Source: Octopus sinensis (taxonomy: Eukaryota). Taken from it: a stretch of 64,000 nucleotides of DNA. The stretch covers positions 62,001-126,000 of the forward strand of contig NW_021833064.1 of NCBI RefSeq assembly GCF_006345805.1, written 5' to 3'. The position numbers and the translations under genes are program-made. Positions 25,819-38,499 of the stretch are shown here, one piece after another (the stretch's first letter is position 1; every line of letters begins with the position of its first letter). The notes below the pieces were generated by a model. The model ran no database searches and was not told the DNA's origin. It saw nothing but the letters and a program-made list of their open reading frames with translations.

Positions 25819-26070
25819 TAGGGCCAACATTTTTTTAACCTTAAAAATTGAAAAATTTAACCTTAAAAAGTTAACTTTATTAACCTATAAACCAAAATTT
25901 TTAACCTTAAAGTTAAAAAAATTTAACCTTACGATTTATTTTTTTAACTTATTAACTTTATAATTTTTTAAAATATAAAGATAGAACGTTTAAAAATAAT
26001 ATAAAAACAGTTTTTATTTAATTTTTATTTAAAATATTAAAATTTAACTTTATTAACTTTATCACCCCTA
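25819..26070. mobile_element. hAT-type MITE, about 252 bp
   Basis: TAGGG...CCCTA termini; 8-bp flanks ATCATGAC / GTCATGAC (7/8 identical TSD); internal TTAACCTT repeats; non-coding. Confidence 0.65.
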
Positions 26071-26118
26071 GTCATGACCTTTGAACTGGTGAACAAAATA
26101 TAGTAAATATTCTTTGCT

Positions 26119-26610
26119 ATGCACTCTGATATGAACGACATCATACGGAGGGTCCTCGACTCGGCAGGATTTCCTTCGGTTCTCGAACCACCGGGTCTTG
26201 ACCGCGGTGACGGGAAACGTCTTGACGGGATGATTCTTTCCCCTTTTGAGGGCAGAAAAGGCCTCGTATGGGATGCAACCTACTGGGATACTTTTTCTGC
26301 TTCACATTTAACTTCGTGTGTTCTGGAGGCTAAATCTGCTGCTAAGAAGGCTGAAGATTTAAAGCTATCAAAATATTCTGCCCTTTCGGAGGAGTTTTTC
26401 GTGGTGCCGATAGCGGCGGGACGTCGGGTGCTCTCGGTCCAAAGACTGAAAAGTTCCTCCGCAAGCTCGAAGCCAAAATCTCAATGCGCACTCACGATCC
26501 TCGGGAGGTGGACTGGCTATTGCAACGGTTCTCGATCGCCGTTATCCGGGGAAACATTTGGCAATTCGCCAGGCCTGCTGACCTTCCCTTCGATTAATCG
26601 ATATTATTGA
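26119..26610 (+). mobile_element. CRE-like non-LTR 3' fragment (RLE domain)
   Basis: IIRRVLDSAGFPSVLEPPGLDRGDGKRLDGMILSPFEGRKGLVWDAT.WDTF...KAEDLKLSKYSAL. Confidence 0.8.
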
Positions 26611-26642
26611 TAACGAATCTTATAAATATATTTATATTAGTA

Positions 26643-28152
26643 CAGTACCGCTCAAATGTTTCGGACCACCCTATTTTCTCAATTTCCAAGTCAATCCTAA
26701 ATTATTTTTATACGGTTCTTTAGAGAAACTTATTAGATAAGCTTAAACACATTTATTCTATTTTAAAAACTTGGACAGATATTCATGTTTGGCGCAATTT
26801 TAAAATTATCGATTTTATACTCGATCATATGTTCCGGACCAGTTTAAAAAAACCGAAAATTTATTAAACTTATAAAAAGTTAATAATTAATATTTCCTCC
26901 GTTGTTCGTTATAACAGCATTTATTCGCTCTGGAAGTGAATTGTATAATTTTTCAATGTACGAATTATCAATCTCGTACCAAATTTTTTTGGTCAAATTC
27001 CAGAGCGCTGGAAGATCTTTTGGTTCCAGATCATAAAGTTTTGTTTTAGTACCGACCACATATTTTCAATAATATTCAGTTCGGGTGACTGGCTCGGCCA
27101 AGTTTCTAAGATTTTAATTTGTTTCCTTTGAAAAAATTCATTGTCGACATGGACCGATGGGAAGGAGCGCCGTCTTGCTGGAGATACATGGTCTCATCAT
27201 AAAAATTTTCGAGTCCAACATTTATAATTCTCTGATACTCTGCGGAATCAACATTTTTAATGCATAAGACAATGTTTCTCCATCCATTTGCAGCAATAGC
27301 TCCCCAGACCATAATGCTAGGAGAAAATTTTCGTGTTTTTAAACAATATTTTGAGTCAAATCTAGAGTTTGGTGGCCTTCTAACATAATTTTTGTGTTTG
27401 AATGCAATTTATATTTTGCATTCATCACTAAAAATAATTTACCCCAATCATTTTGGCTCCAAGTTAATTTCTCAATGCACCAATTTTTTCTAGCCTTTTA
27501 TGGCATATGGAAAGACTTGGTTTTGGGCATTGCTTTCGCCCATTCAAATTATTTTTTTGTAGGCATCTTTTAATTGTATTTGTGCTTACAATAGAATTTA
27601 ATTTCATATCAAATTTAATTTGCCGTTTTTGTGGGGTCTGCTTTCGAAATTCTCACTAATTTGCGTTCAGATCTTGGGGATAACAATCTCGGTCGACCAG
27701 ATTTGGGTCTGTCGGAATATAGTCCAACGGATGAATATCTGGAAATTGTTCTTTGAACAGCAGTTTTGGATATTTTTAATTTTTCGGCAATTTCTCTTTG
27801 TGAAGCTCCATCTTAAAAAAAAGTGATGATAGCGACCCGATCAACCAGTGAAACACGCGGCATTTGTTATTTATTAGTCTTTTGTTTTTAATTGAATCAA
27901 AAATTATTTAAATTTAAAGAGATTTAACTGGTTCGAAACATATGATTGCAACTGGTCCGGAACATATGATCGAGTCAAAAATCAATTATATTCAATTGGC
28001 GCCAAACAAAAATATTTAAAGAAAATTTTAGAATAGAATAAATGTATTTAAGCTTATCTAATAAGTTTCTCTAAAGAACCGTATAAAAATAATTTAGGAT
28101 TGACTTGGAAATTGAGAAAAATAGGGTGGTCCGAAACATTTGAGCGGTACTG
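26643..28152 (-). mobile_element. Tc1-family transposon with long (about 200 bp) TIRs, disrupted transposase
   Basis: CAGTACCGCTCAAATGTTTCGGACCACCCTA... and its reverse complement at the ends, TA on both sides; MVWGAIAANG...YLQQDGAPSHRS, WPSQSPELNIIEN motifs. Confidence 0.9.
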
Positions 28153-28899
28153 TAAATATTTTTTATTTCTAATCGTTATTTGTCATTCCTTTATTTGCCG
28201 AACATTTTGTTGATTTACATACAAATTTTCTATTATTGGCTCGATTCTGTTTTTGCTGATTTTTTAAATTTATTTTTATTGTTTTAAAAATGCTACAATT
28301 AATTTTTAAACTATGGATTTGGAAATTCTAATATCCTTCAGAACACATTTTGCAAAATACAAGCTAAATAAAATCAGCAACATGGTTAAAAACAGAGCAG
28401 ATGTCTTTGAATTATATAAAAATACTGTGCCTGATGGAATAGTTCATTGTGATTTAGCGCCGGAAGATGTAACAATTAGCACAATTCAGAATTCTTTAAA
28501 TCAAATTTTCTGTGACGGTATAGTAACAGAAGAAATTATACCTCAAAAAGATTTTTAAACTGCAATATCTGTTGAAATACATATTCTAATGATACTATGA
28601 ATGTGTTTGGTGCGATTTTTTTTGAGAATCATACATAAAAACTAAAGAAATGTCAGACAATGATTTCATATTTAGAAAAAAGTTCAGATTCGAATAAAAA
28701 AACAGCCATAAATATTCTTGATTAATTAGTTAAAAAAACTTGAACAAATTTTTTATTCTCTTATTGGCCAAATTTGTAAAATCCTCAACATTGGCAACTA
28801 TTTACTGTATTATACCATTTTCAAGTCATTTTGTCTATTATGAACTACAAATTTACATTTACAAACTTCTAATTGTAATTGAAAATTCAAATTTACAAT

Positions 28900-30250
28900 T
28901 TTAAAATTCATGTTTGCATTTTATCAAAATATTGTATATACTAATTGTAATCATATTATGGACAACAAACAAATATTATTTGTTGAATTAACAATCATAA
29001 AGGTCCTCACCACGAGTAACTCGGGGATAATATTTTTCAATCCAGTTAACAAATCCCATTAATTTTTGTGGTGTAAAAACCTTTTTTGTATCTATTGCAA
29101 TTTTTTCCAATATTTTTAGCCTATATTCAAAAATTAGAGTGTCATCCGAAGTTTTTTTTTATAATTAAGAATTATTGACATCTTTTCTCTTAGCATTTTT
29201 TACTTCTGCTTTAAAAGTACTCCAGGCTAATTCAATCGGGTTTAATAAGTACAATTATTTATTTACCCCCGGCCCCTTCAATTGAAAGAAACCGATGACT
29301 AACAAGAACGAAATTGTCAATGTCGGACTCTCCCAAAGATCCCCGATCGCGATCCGGTGTTTTGAAGAAACAGAAGGTGGGCCTGGACACGAGAAAAGAT
29401 CACTGAGAGAGTGGGAATGCGTGGATTCGGCAAGGCCTATTCTTCGACGATAATTGCGTAGTCCAATATGATAGCCACAGCGGAGACGGGGCAAGTTCAC
29501 TCGGGCTTCTCTCGAGAGGGAGGATTCGTTGTTGTTTATTGGTGGCGGAATGCGTCCCAGAAGCTTGTTTATTCCAAGACATCTGATTGCCTTCGTAGCT
29601 ACCAAGTCGTGAATTCTCTTCTGGTTATTGTCCGGAGGAAAGGAAATGTTTTGGTGGCGAGGCAATAATTATGTCATCAGCGTAGGAGAGAAGTAGAGTA
29701 TTATTGTTCGTCGGGATACTGGACAGATGTAAGTTAAATAAGGCAGGTGAAAGAACCGAGCCTTGGGGAACCCCGTTAGACAAGTATTTGTAATAAGTAC
29801 AAATATGGGGCCAATCGTAAAAGTTCAACATTTTCTTTTTGGTCGGCAGGTTTTGAGAAAAATTAATTCCCCATCAAGCCAATTTTTTACTGTTGTAACA
29901 GACACAGAGATTGAATAATTATTTCGTATTTTCTCCGCACATTCTTTCAAAGTGATCTGATGATCAGTTTCAATCCAACTGATTAATTCATTTATACTAA
30001 TTTGATTTTTTTAAATGTCTTTTACCTCCACTTGGATGTCTTTCTTTAGCTTCATTTTCAATCCAATGATAAGCTGTTCTCAAATTCACTCCAAGAGAAG
30101 AACATAGAGACTGCCAATCGCCAAAATTTTCATGTGGTTCAATTATTCTTTTTTTTGTATCATCACTGTACTTGCGATATCTTGTTTTTTCAGTCATCAA
30201 ACAATTTTCGATGTATTTGACAAAAAAATTTTTATATGCAACATTGACTT
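28900..30250 (-). mobile_element. IS630/Tc1-like transposase fragments interrupted by a non-LTR RT fragment (about 29255-29830)
   Basis: HTH N-terminus (29997-30200) and LNPIELAWSTFK (about 29200-29250) flank an RT piece with GVPQGSVLSPALFNL...SYADD whose 3' end has TAAA repeats. Confidence 0.55.
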
Positions 30251-30319
30251 TTCTAATTTTTTTTTATTCATAAATTTTTTTTAACAAACCGTCTAATTAT
30301 TCTAATTTTAAATTTAGTA

Positions 30320-30655
30320 TTTACAGAGGATAAGATGGAATGGCAATTCCTACGCAAGATGGCTATTGATATGCGTTGGAAAAGCCATGTCCGTTCCCGA
30401 TGATCATTTCCCCAGTTTAATAAGGAATTTTTTAGTTCTGGGACCGAGGACTCCCGACGTCTCCACTGCGATCGGGCCAAAGATATGGCGGTGAGATAAT
30501 GCACGGTATTTCTTGATTTTTAGCTTTTCGGCCAGGTTAGCTGCGGAGCCCGGCTCTGCGGCTGACGTAAAGATGTTTCCGGCAGAGAAGGTGTCCGTGC
30601 AAGTTGCATCCCAGATGAGCGACTTGCCATTTTCGAAGGGAAAGTTGTTAGGCCG
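30320..30655 (-). mobile_element. CRE-like non-LTR 3' fragment
   Basis: PFENGKSLIWDATCTDTFS...AAEPGSAA...AVETSGVLGP...WLFQRISIAILRRN. Confidence 0.75.
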
Positions 30656-30921
30656 TCATGACGTTACAAATTGGAAGTTTGTAATTGTAAATTTGATTTC
30701 TGCGGTTGACATTTGAAGTTTGTAATTGCCAAATTAAAAATGGTATAGTTCTAGCGATTTTTGAAATTTTTCGTTTAATTATCAAATAAGAGAGATTCTC
30801 ATTAAAAAAATGTATTTTTTAACAAAAATGCTTACGTTAGAATTTCAAAATAAGGTTAAGCAGGTGAAAATAATTAAGACATACTTGTCATAAAAATCAG
30901 CATATATAGAATATTCTATAT

Positions 30922-31705
30922 TCAGCAGCACTTTATTTTTTTGCGTACACGATCGAATTTAGACGAAATGGTCGTGATTAGATTCGACAAAGACCCGAAC
31001 GTCGAACAATTTGAATGGAGGTCGGTCTCTGGTAGTTTGTGGTACGTTGATTTATAGGTAAGACGACTGATTATATCTAGAGTCCAAATTGACAAACAAA
31101 CCTTCAAAAACATAGTTAAAGAGTTCTCGTACGTTGGTATCGTAAAGTGCCGACGTTTCCACGAATCTCATGTCATTATTTTCTGGAATAGATTTAAATC
31201 TCAACTTGCAAAATCCTCTGCTTCCTTGTTGGAAACACAGCGGAGATGGTCGAGGTCACATTTGTTTCCAGCAAGAATGAAGACGCAATCCTCGTCGACG
31301 TGGATTTTGACCTTCCTAATCCAATTGCTGCAATTCTCGAATGTGGTGCGCTTGGCCACATCGAATACGACGACCACTCCCATTGCATTCCTGTAATAAC
31401 TACCAAATATGGCCACTGGACTGCCTGGGTATCAATAAATTGAATCGTTCCTGTCCCGCTGTGTCCCAAATGCGAGCTTTAACTATCTTGTTACTCACGT
31501 GGATTATTCAACGAATGACAGTATGGGGTACTTTGTCATGTACTCAGTCCCGATTGTACTCGCCGAGTCCAAACTGAAAGTATTACGTGTGTATCGAATC
31601 AGTAAATTGGTTTTTCCCACTCCGCGGTCACCAATGATTATAACTGTTATTCAACCATGTAATTCAACCTTTGAAAATATAATCATAATTATTGAGGTCA
31701 GTCAT
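30922..31705 (-). CDS. Rab GTPase (Rab11-like), 6 exons
   Basis: YDYIFK|[12 protein letters not shown] (G1), [17 protein letters not shown] (G3), GNKCD (G4), ETSAL (G5), C-terminal CC prenylation motif; introns of 23-25 nt. Confidence 0.92.
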
Positions 31706-31791
31706 ATTTTGATAAGCCTTAGTTAAATAATTTATTCCTTAGTTAATAAAATAATAATTAATACAAAACAAATAATATTAAACAAGAAAAA

Positions 31792-34105
31792 TTAAACATT
31801 GAAGGAAGTGTCCGACATCACTTCCCAATCAGACTACCCAATATGACCAATAACCTTACATCTCCCTTGCAGAACATGGACAGATATTTCGGGTCGTTGC
31901 AAACCTCATAAACAAATTCCTTCCTTTCGTCTTTGTACTTGTCAATCACCTCCACTGAACATGCCGGACAGGAGGAATACACGTGCAGTGCCCCCGATAT
32001 TATATTGCTACCCCCAATGCCCCCACGAATCTAATATATCACTACGATTACATAGTGGGGGACAGTCCCTAGTATTCCTTCAGGGGACACTCCGGCCATC
32101 AGTCCGTCAGGATGGTTTAAAGCACTCGTAAACATTTCAACGGCTATTCCCGCACAGACCTGGGAAATGCCTGGTCTGACTGCCGTGCATTGCTGGTCGA
32201 GTGTTCTGTCCACTGCCCCTTTCTAAAGTGACCCACCCACAATAAACGTTGGAAGGGATGGATATGTCCGAACAAAAATAACAACCCAACTTATTTCCAG
32301 GCAAATGTGACTGTAAAACCTCTGTCTTGTCCCCGTCGGTCGTCGGAGGGTGGCGAATGACCAAAAACGAATCAAACCCAATGGCTACGTTAATCACGGG
32401 CTATTTTATTCACAACTCACTACCTTGGAGACTGCCTTGCACATCACAGTGGGCAACCAACGGGCTTCTCGACTGTCCAATGCCAGGAAAATGACATCAT
32501 ATTCACTAATCAATCCTTCGAGCTGGTCAAAGTCTTTCTCAAACTGAGCAAGAGAACGTTCTGAAATGACTAAGAAAGCTCACCTGACATATCAATGGAC
32601 TCCCCGGGGATCATAACTGTCAGATCAAATCCCTCAACCTCCTTAGAATATGACCAAATAAACAACAATGAAAGGAAGGATTTCCTTAACTCTCTTTGCT
32701 GCAGTCTCAGCCTTTGGACAGTTGACATCCTCCATCCGATAAAGCGTCTGTCGAGACAGATTGGAATAAGACACACACGAATTGTCCACAAACCCCAATT
32801 TGCCTACATTCCATCCCTTCAATAGCACTTCTCATTCTACCATCAGACCACGTGCAATGTTGCAGCCGAGAGTGCCCGCCCCAATGATCAGGCAACTCGT
32901 CGACTCGATTATTTTCAAATCAATTTTAAATGTCCGTCTCCAATTCATCAATTGTAGGTTAAGACGATTACTCGACTTGCACAAACTAAGACTGACACAC
33001 ACATATAACTTTATTGGGGACAGAAATAATGACAAATCCACATGCCGAGGTCCCAGTTGGTTCTTCTCATTCATAAGCCATCCAGTAGGCTTAAAAGTCC
33101 TCACTAGAAATGTGAATAAGACAGACTTGTATCAACATCAATTGGACTGACTCGACATTTGTAGATAACCGAGTGTTGTATTGAGTCATTACTAATCCGA
33201 ACAGACACAAAACACAGCGAGTCCGTCCATTGAGACCTTGATAGTGATATATACCTACCATTTGGCACAAGCGAGGATTATGGCATTCCTCATTGGCCAT
33301 CCTGCTCGAGGCATAGACGAGGAGTCAAGCACACACACAAAGCACTACAATTACAACACAACAACACACCTGCTGTCTCTCAATCAAGTCTTGTGTTACA
33401 CCAGTCAGTCGAATGACTGTCTGAGATTCCAGAGAATAGAGGAATATTGGAATCTGAGGACTTTCGCTTATAAAGTCGAGGATCGCGGTCTCGGCTGCCA
33501 GAAACTAGGCCAGTCAACACCGCCAAATACTTTCTCGGGGGACAAAAATTGGGCGAGACACATTTGTTGGTTAACCACACAAAAATCGCCAACCCGGAAA
33601 GTGGGGAGACAAAACCAGTAAGTATATTTAAACCTTTTGAGGTCCTACTATGCTACACAAGGCAAACAATATGGGCTAACAGAAGGAATTGCATAATCAG
33701 GAGAGGATTGGTAAAAGCGGATTCCAAATAGATCGAATCCAGCAACTGCCGTGGAGGGGGAAATTAACCTCAGCGGCCATTTGACTTAATAATCTGTCGG
33801 CTTCTTGGTTTAGTGATTTGATTGAGTTAAAAACGTGGACAGTGCCTATAATTCCAACTTGGTAGGGCGAAGTGACATGGCTGGGATGGGAGAATAAGTT
33901 ACCTTTCTAGGGCATTGTATTCTATCGTTAGGAAGGATCGGCAGTTCTCGGGTACTGCTATGTTGGCATAACTAATACTGTCACAGGAGTAGGAGCCCAT
34001 CAGGGTTATTCCGTCCTCGCCTAACCCGATTTCTTCGAGCTTTCTCTTTGCGAGTAAGTTCCAGAAATATGGATCTACCACAGGATTCAATGACACAAAT
34101 TTCAT
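31792..34105 (-). CDS. ATG7: Ubiquitin-like modifier-activating enzyme ATG7, multi-exon; 3' end approximate
   Basis: N-terminal FW..LAKRKLE..L; VDL|NLQLM.W; [18 protein letters not shown]; [15 protein letters not shown]; KLGCYFCSD; catalytic [13 protein letters not shown]. Confidence 0.92.
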
Positions 34106-34434
34106 TACATAATTTAATAAGTATTTTTATATACAAACATGTTTACCAAAATATAATGTAAATATTTATAATCTTGTTGTTATTTAAAAAATAACTTGGG
34201 TTACTTGTTTACTAATTTTCTACACACCAAATATAGCAATGTGCATAAATAAGTATTTTTTATACTAAATAGTGCAATTTTATTATAGTGCTGTTGGTTG
34301 GTCCATCAAATCCTAAACAGTCCACTTTACTGGTACATTTCTCAGTACTCCCACATTCAGTCTAACCAAATTGTTTAGAAAAAATATCAAAAATAACAAA
34401 TAAATCACAAAAATTATAAATTGTGTGACCTATA

Positions 34435-35556
34435 CTATATACACCAAAAATACCACAAATTCAAATTTTTCCTCGAATTGGAAGCCTTGAAATCGTTCAC
34501 TATTTTGAACTTTGGAAACACGACCTCCTCATCTACTGACTGTCCACGGAGAGAATCATCCTCCGTGATCTTGTTATTGACATTCCCCAATTCGGCCACA
34601 TTCCTCCGAGGAGTGACTGGTCGAGAATACAAGGACAAGCAAAGGGAGGACATAACCAACTGGATTCCCGCATAATGCAGACAGGAAATGCCACTATGGA
34701 AGCCCAGATGTATAAACAGTCCAAACAAACTGGAGAAAACAAACAAATCCCGGATATATCTAAACATTCTCAAATCCAATCACACAAAAGTTTGTAGAGA
34801 GGAAGAGACAGACAAAACAAAATTGATATGAGACATTCCGAAGAATTCAATGCCTGTTTAGACTCATCCAAGAAAATTGTCAAAACCGACAAAACAGTCA
34901 GAAAACCCGAAATAACCCACCCAACGGAATCCAGCCAAGACCGGGGCGTCTGGACTAACTAACAAGACCAAACCTCAGCATTGGGGTGCCCGGTGGGTGG
35001 AGATATGTGTTGTGGTGCAATATTGAAGTGTTCTTTGCTTAGTTTGGAATCGACAAAATGTTGGCAGGGTGGACAGAGAGAGAACACTCGGTCTAAAACG
35101 GAGGAATACTTTCCGTACTCCCCGTCCTGTCCTAATTACCTCTCACAATACAAAGCGGTCAGTTTGACTGAAAAATGAGTTTAGTTCTCTTATTTTCCGT
35201 GCTTGTTTGAGATTGCAGTTTCCACACAGTCCTCCCCCACCTGATATGGTTGAAACCACCGTGGAATGGCCGTTGTGGTCCGCCGGAATGTCCAGAATAA
35301 AGTCACCGTCCTGTGTGTCACGGAGAATGTATACACTGGCAAATACATTTTGTTGGTCGCAGAAATGACAAGTCCATTTATTAACATTGTGTCGATAGAT
35401 AACTTGGTCGTGGTGACAGAACCAGCATTTAACAGTTTTGTAGAGTGCAGCACTGGGTATTAGCAATGTTCACGTTTACTGGACTATTTTAACGAACAGG
35501 GACACGGAAAATATAAACAGGCCCAACCACTCCACTAAAGTTGAATCGAGCCACAT
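34435..35556 (-). CDS. TMEM201: TMEM201/Samp1/Ima1-like inner nuclear membrane protein; 3' end approximate
   Basis: Ima1-N motif VKCWFC...KWTCHFCDQQNVF..DGDF...LCGNCNLKQARKIRELNSF followed by hydrophobic segments. Confidence 0.8.
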
Positions 35557-35690
35557 TCAAAATATTATTTAATAAGATTTATTTATATAAAAAAGCTAAC
35601 AAAACAGAAATGTTATTTTTAGTAAATCTTACTTGAGTAAAAAAAGTGTTTAGTTTGTAAAACCGAATAAAATGCTATTTTATTGTTGCC

Positions 35691-37234
35691 ATGTTGTCTT
35701 GTGACTCGAGTTATCTCGCTCTGATATTGGCAGCAATCAGTGTGTTATTTTACTATATAACCAAACGTCATTCTGACGGAAAAGTAGTTATAATTTGATT
35801 ATTTATAGTTAAATTATCCACCAATGGTCAAAAGGGGTCTTCCATTCTTTGGAGTCGCCTTTGAGTTTGGAAAAGACCCCGTCAAGTTCCTCCTGTCTTG
35901 CTACGAGGAGGTATGTGGTCAGAATATTCCAAGTATGGGCCTGTCGTGACCTTCACAATGATGGGCAAGCAGTTCACCTACTTGCTGGGCAGTGAAGCAG
36001 CAGAACTGTTCTTCAACAGCAAAAATGATGTCCTCAACGCGGAGGAAGCCTATTCCAAGTTGACGACACCCGTTTTCGGTCCCCGAGTAGTCTACGACAT
36101 CCCCAACCACGTATTCTGATCTCCTAAATAATAGATATTCCTCCAACAAAAAAAAATTGGAAAAAGTGGACTCAATTCTGACCGATTCCGCACATTTGTC
36201 CCCAAAATCGAGGATGAGACTGCCCAATTCTTCGCCAAATGGACAAAGACAGGCGTGGCTGACTTGTTCAAGGAATTGTCCTCTCTGATCATATTCACTG
36301 CCTCCCGTTGTCTGCTGGGGGATGAATTGAGGGAAGTCATGGACGAGTCGGTCGCTGGACTTCTCTCTGATTTGGATCAGGGGTTTAGGCCGGAGGTGTG
36401 GTTACTCCCCCAGTGGTTCCCTCTCCCTGTCAAAAAGTATGGAATATTGACGATTGTAGAGTCCGGGACCGTGCCCACCAGAAGATAAAATCTTTATTTT
36501 CTCAACAAGTTAGAAAAAGACGGGAAAGTGGTATAAGGCGAGAAGATTTGATGCAAACTTTTATTGATACTCCTTACACGGATGGGCGGAAGATGGACGA
36601 TGGCGAAGTGGTGGGATTGCTGATTGGAATGTTGTTGGGAGGGCAGCACACGTCCTCCACGACTTCTTCATGGCTGGGTCTGTACATCGCGAGGGATGAG
36701 GCACTGCAGGAGGCATTGTATGAGGAACAGATGAGTGTGCGGGGAGGGGACCCAATCACGTACGACCATTTGGAGGAAATGGATTTATTGGACAGATGTT
36801 TGAGGGAAACACTGCGACTGAGGGCTCCCCTTATTACTACTATGCGGGTGTGCAAGGTTCCTGTTCAGGTGTTGGGATATGACATCCCCGTGGACACTCA
36901 CGTGTGTATTAGTGCCAGTGTCAACCACCGCCTTAAGAATGTGTGGCACAATGTAGACAACTTTGACCCAGATCGGTTGTTTGTTGGTTTTTATGATAGT
37001 TTCCTTGAGTACGATGTGAGTAAGATTGGACGCTATTCGTATATTCCATTTGGACAGGGCAGACACCGCTGCATTGGCGAGTCCTTTGCCTACGTCCAGA
37101 TCAAGACCATTTGGGCACATCTCATTCAGAAATTTCGTTTCAGCCTTCCGGGGGGTCGTTTTCCTGATGTTGACTTGACTACGATGATTCAAGCCCCCAA
37201 ACATCCAATCATCAACTACACCCTGAGAAACTAG
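35691..37234 (+). CDS. CYP51: Sterol 14-alpha demethylase (cytochrome P450 family 51), multi-exon
   Basis: N-terminal anchor; [20 protein letters not shown]; I-helix [11 protein letters not shown]; ETLR; heme motif [10 protein letters not shown]; introns of 23-25 nt restore the frame. Confidence 0.95.
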
Positions 37235-37286
37235 TTCCTTGTTTGATTTACTAATTGACTGTTTAAATAAAATTGACTTATTCATG

Positions 37287-38430
37287 TTAAACTCGGTCGA
37301 TTGTTTCTCCGCTCTGAGACATACTGACTTGTTTTGCTATGAAGGGGTGGGTCAATGCATGTTTGGCGGTTATTCGATGTCGAGGACACGTTTGGAGCAG
37401 TTGGTGTACCTCCAATTATATGAAATGTGTACAAAATCACGGGCAATGTCATCCACATGGGGGGGAGTGGTGTAGTCTCCGTCCATTATTCGTCCAATAA
37501 GACTGATCTCCGGATTATTCCGAATGCGGCGAATACGACTCGGCGAGTTGGGCATGGAGGGTGGCTCTGGCTTGAAGGGGGCGTCTCCAAACATACTAAA
37601 ATGGAAAGGACTGCATTACAGCATGTAGCAAATGACTCCACATGCCCATCTAAACAGTGAAGGACACACACCTACATGTCAGCCTCTATTCCATACCCCG
37701 AGGGATCTTCGTCCATGCTACATCGCAGTAACTCGGGGGCCATGTAGAGGAGGGTCCCGCAAGAATCTATTCCTCTCAACCCACGAGGAACCAAACAGTT
37801 GCTCATCAGGTTGTAGGATCTTAGACAAGCCAAAATCTGCGACACAAAGTTTGCCTTCATTTGTCATGAGCACGTTCTCGAGCTGCGGTTTTAATGCACA
37901 GAAAATACCTTCAGGTCACGGTGGATTATACCGATGGAATGCAATTGACTAACCGCAGTCAATATTTGCTTCATAAAGATCCTTCTAATCAACACACACA
38001 AGGAAACCTCGTCTGGTCCTGCGAGGAGGCGTATCGGACATTGTGGTCGAGTAGTGTGCCGCCTTCATATCTAAAACAATACACCCCCAAACCAACAAGT
38101 CCAATATTAAACATGAACTTGTCTCTGTCTCAAACACATCGTGAACAGCCACTACAATGTCACATGCTCATTAACTGATGTGAGCCATCCCTGAGCATTT
38201 CTCCAATGCAGTCCTTTCTACGCGGGTTAGATGGATTCCAACCATTATTTCCACTGCTTCTGTCCACTATTTTGGCAGCAAATTCACTCCCTGTACAGCG
38301 TTCGATCACTCGGACGATTACACTGCTCTCTCCCCTTCAATAATTAAGACAACCGAACCGTCCTAATATATCCCGCATTTCGTATTTTGACTCGAACAGT
38401 CTCTTCTCCTCGGAATCGCCTGTGAATTTA
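37287..38430 (-). CDS. PHKG: Phosphorylase kinase gamma-like Ser/Thr kinase; start not resolved
   Basis: [62 protein letters not shown] (cf. PHKG [21 protein letters not shown]). Confidence 0.75.
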
Positions 38431-38499
38431 TCCAGTCTCGTTTGAAATTATTTTATTGTTTTTTTAGGTTTTTAAAAATAAACGATTTAATTATAGTTC

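Noticed and set aside
28313-28558. Small ORF as a host gene
   Set aside because: No recognisable motif; AT-rich and embedded among TE remnants.
36574-37285. Long antisense ORFs over CYP51 (and similar ones over ATG7, RSPH14, PHKG)
   Set aside because: Shadow ORFs of GC-richer coding sequence with no recognisable motifs.
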